NCBI GenBank assembly: GCA_012026655.1
Contig: JAAILG010000005.1
Location: forward strand, 62,001 to 126,000
Length of the DNA: 64,000 bases
Source: Hydrolagus affinis
Lineage: Eukaryota
Direction of reading: 5' to 3'
How positions within the stretch are numbered: the stretch's first letter is position 1; each line of letters starts with the position of its first letter. A program made the position numbers and the translations under genes. The notes under the pieces were generated by a model that did not search any database, was not told the DNA's origin, and saw only the letters and a list, made by a program, of their open reading frames with translations. This document shows, one piece after another, positions 24,181-34,600 of the stretch.

Positions 24181-24369
24181 ACTATATGCCTGGCTGAGAG
24201 CAGCCAACACTACTCAGACTGGTAGGGAAACTTGACCATTCCAAGGCAGTACTATTCTTTTCACAATTATGAGTGTCAATCCTAGGCAATGCCTCTGTGA
24301 AGAATATTGTATTCTAATTAATAAGAATTCAGAAAGATTGTCTGGTGGAAGCAGAAACAAATCCACTTT

Positions 24370-24655
24370 CACCAGTCTCAGCTCTGCCAACGACAGTACT
24401 CCAACCAAAACAACATGGCAAAAATGCCTTTCTCCTTGTGTGAGCCTGTGTACTTGATGATGGCGGTCTGTACGTAATTCAGGCATGAGCCAAGCCCTAT
24501 TCTATTCTCATCAGGCATCCCCATAGGCAGATATGCAGTAGAAACAACTGCATTCAACATTGGATGTCCTGAATGATTCTTCCCCTCCCAAACACTGGTC
24601 ATTGGAGTGTCTTGTTTGCCTGCACTGGCTGAGATCAACTTGGTGCAAAAGGCCT
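24370..24655 (-). mobile_element. LFSINE_Vert-like, decayed
   Basis: cttgtgtgagcct...gagccaagccctattct...tgattcttcccctccc...ctggctgagatcaact. Confidence 0.55.
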
Positions 24656-24667
24656 AAGAGCCATACT

Positions 24668-24967
24668 TAATAATATAATAATAATCCTTGCATTTGATAT
24701 AGCGCTTTCCACATCTTATCGACGTTCCAAAGCGCTTTACAGAATATACTGTAAAGTGAATTGACTGTATATTTGTGGACGAATCGCGGCAGCCAATTGC
24801 GCACAGCAGTGTTCTACAAACAGTCATGGATTGAAATGACCAATTTTATTATTGTGGTTTTTTTGGATGGATTATTATTAGGCGTGTGGAGTAAGGAAAC
24901 TTGCCCAAGGTTTCGCCCTGACCTGCCTAGATTCGAACACAAGTCTCCCCAGCTTGCAAGACAACTG
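24668..24967 (-). mobile_element. SINE family A, short subfamily, near full length with foldback 5' end
   Basis: Minus strand: B-box-like tgttcgaatc, gggcgaaaccttgggcaagtttccttactccacacgcc body, complete tail. Confidence 0.92.
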
Positions 24968-26790
24968 CAGTTGTCTTGCAAGCTGGGGAGACTAAGGCAC
25001 AGGAGCTCCACGGACTTGGAACATTCTGGTCAGTTTGGCCTTGAGGGGCACAGAGGTAATTCTTTGCATCAAATCTGTCTATTTCATAGGATTTAGTACA
25101 GTTATTCTACCCCCTGAATTATGAAGAATGTGAAATATTTAAAGATATACCATGGAAAATAAAATAAGAAGGTTTTCAGACTATGAAACAGTCAAAACAT
25201 AGCTCCAAATGATTGTTTGTTTAATAGCTATGTATTGAATATAAAATTTATTATTTGGTAAGAGGTTATGTTGAGATCCCTTATTATTGAATAAAAATGC
25301 TTTCCTCCCAGAGAACAATCCTTCCCCCCAACTGCTTGTTGGGGTTCTCTTGGTTAAGGCCCTATCTGACTATTAGAGATTCCTTTCCGGACATTCCTTC
25401 AGTGTGCCCGAGTTCTTTGTGCAGTGAAAGGTCTCTAGTCATCAAACACAAACAAATTGAACCCCTTGCTGCTTGTGTTTGGACATGCAAATAAAAATAA
25501 CTCGGAGCCCCAGCTGGGCAAGCACGTGCTTTTAGGTAAGCGTTTTGGCCGACAGATCACACACAGTTTGCATTGCCTGCCTTAAACAGCTTGCACCGTC
25601 ACTGCCGATCAGTAACTCAATGACTCATTAAAAAATGGGAACAATATGAGGTATTGTTCTGCCACAGTAGCCACCTGTTGATCTCAGGCCTTCCACAAGA
25701 GAATTGGGTTAATCTCACAGAACAGTTAACATAATCAATCCAGTGCCCTTAAATCTAGCAGTTGTGAGTGAAATTGAAGTGATGGGATAGATGTGTATTA
25801 TAGATCTTTAGCTAAATGTGGCTTGATATGAGAGCTTTTCTTTGTAAGAAGTGGTTGTGGATAGCGCTTTGCAGAATCAATCCTCGATTTGTTATTTTAC
25901 ATTAGCAAAGACAAAAGATTTAAGGGAATCAGTTTCACTTAAAAAGCACAGTACGATTGCGGTGGACTCATGAAAGCTGACCTTACAGCGTAAAGGTGAA
26001 TTCTCTTTAAGAAAAACCTTCAAACAGATGTCTAATTATAAAAACATTTCTGCAATGAACCATAATCTTCTGTTTCTGGTGGAAAATTTCAGAATACATT
26101 TTTGGATGGTTCTGCTTTGCTGTTTGAGATTAAATCTTAAAAATACCCAAATGGTTTCATCTAAGCAGTAGACAAAACAGATGTAATCTTGCAAGATTTC
26201 AAGCTTTTGAACCCCAAATTGCAGTAAACATAGTTCATAATCATCTCCTGTTGTAGGTCAATTACAGTTTTGGTACCCCTACTTTCTGTTCCCATCTGCT
26301 TCTCCTTTACAATTGTTTTTTCTAAATAAGCTTTTGATGCTGCAAAAATGATCAAAATATTGGGACAGTCATTCTCTTTCTACTTATTAAGTTAGTGCAC
26401 GCACGCCTGCTTCACTTTTTGAAAAGCTTGCCCAATTATTTCAATGACGACACTGAATGAGAATTATAACATATTAATCACATTAAGCTTACCAGTTAGA
26501 AATGCTAACATTAGACTCAGACTTCATGCATTTGTTTTGCAACCAATCTTTCTTCATTTCAAACACGTGTTATTTATACATTTTTTAAAATAGGATTAGA
26601 CGGATTGCTCAGAGAGACAGCAGCGACAAACAGAGTTACCCTCTTGTCAGTAACCTCAAGAGGGAACTGCATAGTTTTCTGATAAAATAACGATTGGTGG
26701 GTATATACATGAGAATACAGAATATGGAACAGAAATATACCATACAGCCTAACTGGTATGGATTAGCACTTTCAACTTTCTATTTGTAGA

Positions 26791-27135
26791 ATAATAATAA
26801 TAATCTTTGCATTCGATACAACTCCTTTCGTGTTGGGAGTCTATCTCAAAATGCTTGCCAGGATTCACTGTGAAGTGCAGAAACTCTATTTGTAGGTGAA
26901 TGCGGCAGCCAATTTGCACACAGCAATATCCCACAAACAATATGTTATGAAGTGAATGTCCAATTCTATTTGGGGAAATGTTGGCCAGGACACCAGGAGA
27001 AACACCCTTCACTCTTCAAATGGTTGCCACAGGATCATTTAACCTTGTCCTGAATGACGGGACCTCGGTTTAATATTTCGTCTGAACCTCTAATAATGCC
27101 TACATTGAGTTCAAATTCCTTGTGTGGTGTTTAAA
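26791..27135 (-). mobile_element. DeuSINE (SacSINE1-like), near complete
   Basis: gcggcagccaatttgcacacagcaatatcccacaaac...ttggccaggacacc...gggacctcggtttaatatttcgtctg. Confidence 0.85.
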
Positions 27136-28758
27136 TTTGCTACCATCTGAGCCATGCTCTCACCTGGAACATTCAAAACATACAGACACTGTACTGGTCA
27201 GTACTAGCCTGTACATTCTCATGACACATTTAAACTTTTTTTTCCCCCAAAATTCACACCACTTTAATCTAACGTTTATCCATTGTAATTGTGAAGACAA
27301 ATTCCCTTCTTATTCAAATGAAAGTATTGCAAACATTACTCTGGAGAACACTGAAACTATTTTTTTTGTGGGTAGAGGGGGGTGGGAAGACAGAGAATTA
27401 AACGTTTTCTTGAAATTAATTCCACATTTGTTGATCTAATCTTGAATGATTCAGAAGCTGCAGCATATTAAAAAAAATTAGGAGCCATTAACAACAAATG
27501 ACAAACCAGACAAAATTTCTTTTTAAAAATTCTTGTATCACATTAGAGTGAACGGTGGAAATAAATAATCTCAATGAATAATGCTCAAAAATGCTAACCA
27601 AAAATGTGCTGCTTGATAATTTTCAACCTGCGGTCAAGCTGAAAGTTGCATAGTTACATTCTTTCGTCCTCTTATTTAATTTTACCCATGGGTGCTTTCA
27701 GGAAGTACCAATTGGTGATGTCCCCTGGGAAAATATGGAATACATTTATGGAATTTTCAATCTCAACTCTTTCCTTGTTTTGTAACAAGACTGCGCGTGT
27801 TCTCCTCTTAGGAGCTGGGACTGTGAGCCCACGTTTTCAATGTTCCTGCTGTTTTACCTGCTTCTGCTTGGGCTTTCCCTAACTCTACATTTATTCGATG
27901 CCAGGCGTGAGGAGATGGTTTTCGAATTGAAGCAACGCAGTGTAAATCAAGTCAGACTGCACCCAATTCCAACCAACCTCTCGACTTTGTGCCTGCATTG
28001 GAGGCTTCTAATAGTATAAAAAGCAGCAGTCACACTCCTGAAGCTTTGATAACATTAAAATAAATTAACTTGTGTCCTTGCCACTTAGCGGAAGCCTGCT
28101 TGTATGTCTCGTTCTGCATTGCTCAGAGCTCATAGCCCCTGATGAGGGGCAGGCAAGTATAAATCAAGTTTGCAAGTATAAATAGCTATAACGCCGTAAG
28201 CAAAGTTTCATCGCTTCCAGCAGTATGAAATGGCAGAAAGTAAACATTATCTTCATTCTTGATAAGGGGGTTCTTCACAATAATGAAGTGCTCAATGATG
28301 TTCAGCCATTTCATTTGCAAGGTTCTTTTTATAACGGCTGCTGATCAGTTTTTACTTAGAAGTAGGTACGTATAATGGACTGCCTGACTTTCGCTTAATC
28401 AGGCCAGGGACTGGGAGAAAAAGAGTTCTATTGGTTCTATAGTCACTGTAAGGGCACCAGATATGGCAGGGTTAATGACATTAAGGTGTTCATGAACCTT
28501 GTAATTCTTCACAAGTTTTGTTCAGGAGTTTGCATCTCTGCCTAGAGCTAGAGCTTTTTTTTGAGGCAAGAACTGGGACTTTTCCCTCCTGGGTTTAACA
28601 GCAGCCACAGTGTCTTGTTCTTGTCAGTCTACAGCTTCAGCTACATAAAAAAAATCAATTCATTGTGCTAGTATCAAAGCAACTTTATAATATTTCTTGG
28701 CAAATTTGAGCCAAATTTCAGCTTGGACTAAACACAATATTGCCAGTGTTGGAGGTTG

Positions 28759-28940
28759 TTTCCCCTCCTCTCCCTACCCTATTTCTCTCCCAACCTCCAC
28801 TGAAAGGGTTAGATCTTGTGGGGTATGCTTGCTCTCTGTTGCTTGTAAGCCCAGACAGTGAGCACTGGCAGGATATTCAACCACACAGGTCAATACAACT
28901 GAGCCCAATTATACTCACTTCACAGCAGGAGGTCACAGCA
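28759..28940 (-). mobile_element. LFSINE_Vert-like 3' half
   Basis: gcccagacagtgagcactggcaggatattcaacc...ctgagccc. Confidence 0.7.
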
Positions 28941-29461
28941 AAGCAATTCAGATATGACACTCACAACATTGAATCCATGTAAATGGGTTAGGTCATCTTG
29001 AAGCAGTGTTTCTGTGCTGAATAATTTATTTTTTCCAAAATACGTGGGACAGCACATTACACCACCTTTATGAAAGGGATTCTGTTGACCAATGTTTAAT
29101 GATTCAATCATGCCCATATATCGAAATAGATGCCGGACCAGTCATTTTAGCTTCAATGCCGCTTTTTCTCCCTTTGCTTCACAAAAAAGGGGCTAGCAGT
29201 AATTCAGTTATCCCCTGCATTCCATGCCTGTGTCTTGGAAAGGATATCTACTGCTAAATCAGTGGTACAATGTTCATGTGTAAAGTTAGAAGCTACATGA
29301 TGTATTTCTGTAGTGGTGAAACACTGGAAAGCTAGAAGATGCAATAACTAAAAGAACATTAAGATTGAAAGCAAAAGAAAGTATCCCCTTTCGTTAGATA
29401 TGTGAAGTTCACAAACAAGTACCTTTGTTAAGAGCCAAGTGCAAATGAACTTCAATAGATC

Positions 29462-29576
29462 ATCCACATATGGCCATTAACCTAAAATCGTACACAGACA
29501 TTGATCTTATCAGCCTATTATAATCCTCATTTATTGTTGATAAGATCAAGATTTTGGTTATTGGCCATATGTGGAT
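29462..29576. repeat. Foldback inverted repeat (MITE-like)
   Basis: atccacatatggccattaacctaaaatc..ttgatcttatcagc pairs with gttgataagatcaa gattttggttattggccatatgtggat. Confidence 0.8.
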
Positions 29577-29949
29577 TTATGTTTGAACCCTGGGTTACTT
29601 ACAACCTTATAAGTGGTTGTTCAACAAAAGCCAGATGAAAGGAAAACTATGTAAACTCAAGACCTGGGCAGTAAAGGGGAGTTTTAAAACTTGCAATCTT
29701 TGGATTTATTGCCAATTTTAAAATCCCATCATATTTAATGGAAAACACACCTACAAGAGTGCACTAATAAGTTGGACATTGGCAGAATGAGGATGAATGT
29801 ATCAATGCTCCAAATTTGATTCAACCCAGTTGAATTTTGACCATTCAGGAAATCAATCTTATCTTTTGTAAAAACAAATCTTAATTTTCTATCCATACAC
29901 TCTTGCGTCTTCACAGTTGGAATGATCAGTTAGCCCAGCTTGTTGTCAT

Positions 29950-30130
29950 CAAAAGATATGGCATGTCATCTCTTGTCTATACCAAAAGTAGAATACTTGA
30001 ATGATGTTGAAAGGTTGTATAAGGTCCTTAAACTGCCTGCTCAATACTGAAGTATCATCTGCAAATGAATAGTTGACCATCTGGGTATTTTACATTGGAA
30101 TTATATGATAATACTGAGTAGATCAAGTTG
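29950..30130 (-). mobile_element. Possible ancient LINE reverse-transcriptase remnant
   Basis: Minus strand reads SFADDTSVL at ~30068-30042, resembling the RT catalytic (Y/F)ADD motif; flanks degenerate. Confidence 0.35.
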
Positions 30131-30942
30131 TCTTCAGAATTGGAGATGTGGTTTAAACTATTGAATAATGTGGTGAATGGCCATTTTATGGGCTTGTTTC
30201 TTTAAACTGATGGATTGTTAAAAGAAAACATTCTTAACTATAAGAAGACAGTATTCATGATAGATAATGTGCATTCCTATTGTATATTGTTCTGCTGGCT
30301 GAAAGCTAGCTTCCTAATAAAATTGCTCCCAATAAATATAAATCTCTGGATTTGTTGAGGATGATGAAAGTGTGGGGTTGCGTTTAGGAGATGAACACTA
30401 ATAGTAGTCAAAGAGTTTTATCATATTCTAAGTAGTATTCCCTCTGCATCTACGGATATTATTTATAAATAGTGTGAACAACAATTTGCAGCTAGGCGTT
30501 GCCCCATACAGAGCTTTGACTATTTCCTGGTGCTGTTTTGATGCTGAAGCATTTTTCAGTTCAATTAGCTACTTTTCCATTAATTTCATCAGCCTTAATC
30601 TTATCAGTAAAACTCTGTACATTAAATCTAGCAAATGCTTGAAAAATAAAATTAGATTAAATCCACTGATTTTCTTTCGTTGTCTAGTTTGGTTATCACC
30701 TGAGAGAATTCCAGTAATTATTGAATTGAAATATCTGCACTCACACGTGTAACTCTTGTCAAATAATGGCTTATTGTGAATTGATTACTTTTCTAAACTG
30801 CATAACAAACAGTTCAGTTCAAAAAATATTTTGGAATGTGCTTTTCCATTAATCTACTGAAGAAGAGGGACTGAGAGGTTACCTTACACATTAGAAGTCA
30901 TTAAATATAACGTATAAGAGCTTTGTTGGTGGAGTAGATAAA

Positions 30943-31265
30943 GCTGGTTCAAATCTAGTTTGTGCTGAATTTTCTTGTCCCAGCCTGGGCTGAGGATGGG
31001 GACGATGAATTGACCCCAGCCTGCCCAGGGTTACGGAGGGGGAAATTGGCCAGGGTTCCTGCTCCTCAACCCTCTACAACATCATCTACTGGTTATGAAC
31101 ATGTGTGGCCACCAAACGGGGGAGGTCAGATTCAACCATGAAGTCCTCTGCAATTTATTGGCTGGCAGGCATTCACCACCAAGGCTCACACATGAACAAT
31201 TGATATCTTGGTAATCTATCGGAGTATCCATGGAATTGCACCCCAGCAAGGAGGTATGGAGAAAG
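30943..31265 (+). mobile_element. LFSINE_Vert-like, near full length
   Basis: ggaggggaaattggccagggttcctgctcct...aggctcacacatgaa...ccatggaattgcaccccagcaagga. Confidence 0.8.
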
Positions 31266-31639
31266 TGTGAAAAATATGCTAAATTTAAAAAAGTGTATGG
31301 AAAAAATACTAAGAAGCATCAAGATCTCAGCCCCAATTGGAAAGCACTGAGTATGTCCAGTTCCATCCCACCAACACACACACACAGCACAATTTTAGCG
31401 CTGTTTGGTATAACCACATTAAAAGGGATTTGTTAATCTTCCCTATTCCCCCCTCCCCCCAATCGTGGTATGGAGATCAAGAGGGATTAAGGCAACTGAC
31501 TGTATTTCTCCATCGTTCAATAGCATTAGCACCTCACATTGTGACCTTAATGCTATTCAGCGCTAATGCAAACAGGAATAAGGCTAAAATAAGAATATAA
31601 TAAGGATTATATCACTCAACACTTGTGTTTTATATCAAA

Positions 31640-32075
31640 ATGTGATCAACGTGCCGTTTAGACAGACGGTTTTCTCACAGCACGTTGCCACTTATCTGCT
31701 GACAGAATTATGTTTAAAGTGTGATTTGGAGCAATTATAATGAATAATTAAGGCAGGTTAAATTTACTGCCGCTAGGCAGTTATTCGACACAGTGGAAGA
31801 TAGATAAAATCACACCCTTGGGTACAAGATAATTTAGTTATCCTAAACAAAATGTGTCATGTCTATGTCCTCATTACGCTAAATGACATGAAGGGATTTG
31901 GGATATTAAAACACGTGCCACGTCCCTGTTGAAAAAGCAGCACCCCTCTTCTGATGAAGTGATTGTTCACTTAATTCAACATAATTTTAACTGCTGTTTG
32001 CAGCCACATTTCAGCTGCAATTTGTTTAAACAAAATTAAAGCAATTCCATTAAAACTGCCAGCTCTGCCAAATGC
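31640..32075. promoter_or_regulatory. Candidate conserved non-coding enhancer
   Basis: Repeat-free block with tgacag, tgtcat, tgacat, taatta, cacgtg, cagctg motifs and retained CpGs. Confidence 0.3.
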
Positions 32076-32196
32076 TTGGTTGGAGCTGAGCAAAGACAAA
32101 GTCCCATGTTCAGTCCCCATTCTAATTCATGAGTACAATAAGAATCCCTCAAATAGCCTTACTGCCCCTGGACTGTGCGATACCGTCAAGGATTTC

Positions 32197-32262
32197 AACA
32201 ACAACAACAACTTTGATTTATATAGCGCCCTCCATGCCGGACGGCGTCTCAGAGCGCTTCCA
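32197..32262 (-). mobile_element. L2-type 3' tail (CpG-intact, young)
   Basis: caacaacaacaacaactttgatttatatagcgccctccatgccggacggcgtctcagagcgcttc. Confidence 0.8.
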
Positions 32263-34084
32263 CTCCACTCCAGATTGCTAATCATTGATCCTTGCTGGAA
32301 AATGAAAGGGTCACTGGATAGAGGTCTAGAGAACCTGTTGGTGAAGATAGAATAGGGGTTCAGTTCTTACATCCCATGAATCGTACTTTCTGCAGACGCT
32401 GAAAACAGGATATTTGGGTGATGTACCACTATCAGCCAGGACCCATTCAACTGCCCTCCCTCATGAATCAGTCCCATCAGAAGAGAAGGGGAGAAACAGT
32501 ACTGTATAAATCTACATTCCAGTAGTTTGCTATTATGCAGCAGATATTGTATCTATTGTAGTGTCAATACATTTTCTCAGTGGCAGACATGGCAGATCAA
32601 AATTTTTTGAACATGCTGATTTCAATAACTGAATTTGTCAGTAATCTGCTCAAAGGGCTGTGCCAATGAAGCAACTAATTGCATGCACCGGACTCCAATG
32701 TAGGTCACACGATGCGCTGTTCTGTTCTGTATCGACCACCCAAGAACTTTTAAGAGACAATTTGGAAGTGGACTTGACATCGATTTGCAGCGCCTGAGAT
32801 TTTACTGCAGTGGTGTGCCTCTGAAACCACCTCCTCGAGATGAACCTTGGTCGTATAGGCTCATTGGAATTTTCTTTCAAATAGTGTCACTCACACTAGT
32901 TTATAACAAGCTGTTTACACTGATTCACCAAGAAATAAGCATTAAACCTGCAGTAATATGAACAATCAGTAATATTATTACATAAACTAAGACCAGGTTT
33001 CATTTGATCTGTGCTATTGAAAATTTGGATACTTCTTTTGCATACATGTCCTTGTCAATTATAGGCTTAAAAGGGTGGCTACGAAGCTCAGTAAAAGTAT
33101 GTAAAACGTCATAACATTTAGCTGAAATCAATACTAAAATGTGCAGTACATCTCAAACTTGTTATTCTATAATTTAAAGACAGCAATGTTCATGGTAATA
33201 TCACCGCACATATTTCAATGGAGATTATTTGGAAAGTGTTTAACATGATGTTCAATGGTATTTTGTTGCAAACAAACAGCTACATCATGAGTGTTGTATT
33301 CATCTTTAAATAGACTTTAAAACGCATTGCCATTCAAGGAGTAGAAATCAAAGGAAATCATAGGTGCAATATCCATGGGCAATTTGAATAGAGTTTACCC
33401 ACATTCACATTTATCAAGACTGAGCAAGATTGCCTCAAAGTATACCAAAAATGAGTTCAGTTCTGTAAACTGTGTACAGTGTGTAGAAATGTAAACTATA
33501 TTTATCAGACGTACAGTTAATTCAACTAGAATGTAAATGCAGCGAAGAGAAAATGCCTTTGAGTATGCCATACCGAAATTAGTGAAATCTACTCAATTCA
33601 AATATAGTCCTCTAATAGTAATAGATCAACAAAGAGCTTAGGAGCAGCTGCAGTTCTGACTACACTGAGGGATTGATTAAATCTGTCATGTGGGTAACAT
33701 ATCACCCTTTGAATAATAGGTGTGTGCTACAACTTACAACATGTCTACCACTAATCAAAAACTTCAAAGAAAGGGTGTAGCAATTTTTGCACGCTTCTCC
33801 AGTGAAGCTGTCTCTGCGAGCAACTCACAGTAAGTTTACCTTAAAAGCACAGGTTAGAAAGATCACATTTTAATAAAAAGATAGAAATGATGCAAGAGAT
33901 TTTGGTCTAAAAGGATCAGAAAAGTACGCTCCTAAACATAAAGTCATTAGTCACGAAAATTTATAAATAAAGAGCATGGAATATTATCCTGAGTGGTATG
34001 TTTTATAAGGAATAATGCTGGTCATAAAGGTGTGCAGTTGAACAAGATCCTTCAGCCTATCTGATCTCATCCTTTAGAAAGTGA

Positions 34085-34165
34085 TGATTCCAGGAGCTTG
34101 GCTTTAACCATTCTTCCTCCCGACATGAAAGGCGCTCTATAAATATAATTGTGTTGTTGTTGGTG
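34085..34165 (+). mobile_element. L2-type 3' tail
   Basis: cctcccgacatgaaaggcgctctataaatataattgtgttgttgttg. Confidence 0.75.
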
Positions 34166-34189
34166 GTGCTGAACTTTTCTGGCTGGTGA

Positions 34190-34600
34190 ATACCTTTCGT
34201 GTAGAGAAATACTTTTGATGCTTGTCCCGAACTTGCCCTTCACTATCCTTAACCTGTGATCTCTCGCCCTCCACTTCATAGTTTGTGGATTTACTTTCTT
34301 TATCTCGTTGCGTACCTGAGCAGTTTATTTTCAAGGCTTTAAAACCCTGGCCTAACTCATCATGTCGTTCCTTGTAGTTCAACTCTCTCAATCAGTCTTG
34401 TCGCTCTGTTCTGCATTGTCTCTAAGAAATGGATGGTCCCCTTTATACCACAGTAATAAGACCTTTATGCAGTATGACAGGGCTTGATCAGTGACTGCTT
34501 CTGCAGAATTCTATTTGAATTCAATTGATAATGTAATTGTAATAAGTCCATTTACATCCCTTAAGCTTGGTTGCTTTCAACTTCCCTCTTGGAGCATGCT
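34190..34600 (-). mobile_element. CR1 LINE ORF2 C-terminal fragment
   Basis: Minus frames give LRELNYKERHDELG and ARDHRLRIVKGKFGT, resembling CR1 L..LSYEERL..LG and TRGH.L.I....F.T motifs. Confidence 0.7.

Noticed and set aside
24761-25096. Family of similar ORFs (also 23966, 38167, 48188, 57742) as a gene family
   Set aside because: They are translations of the same SINE
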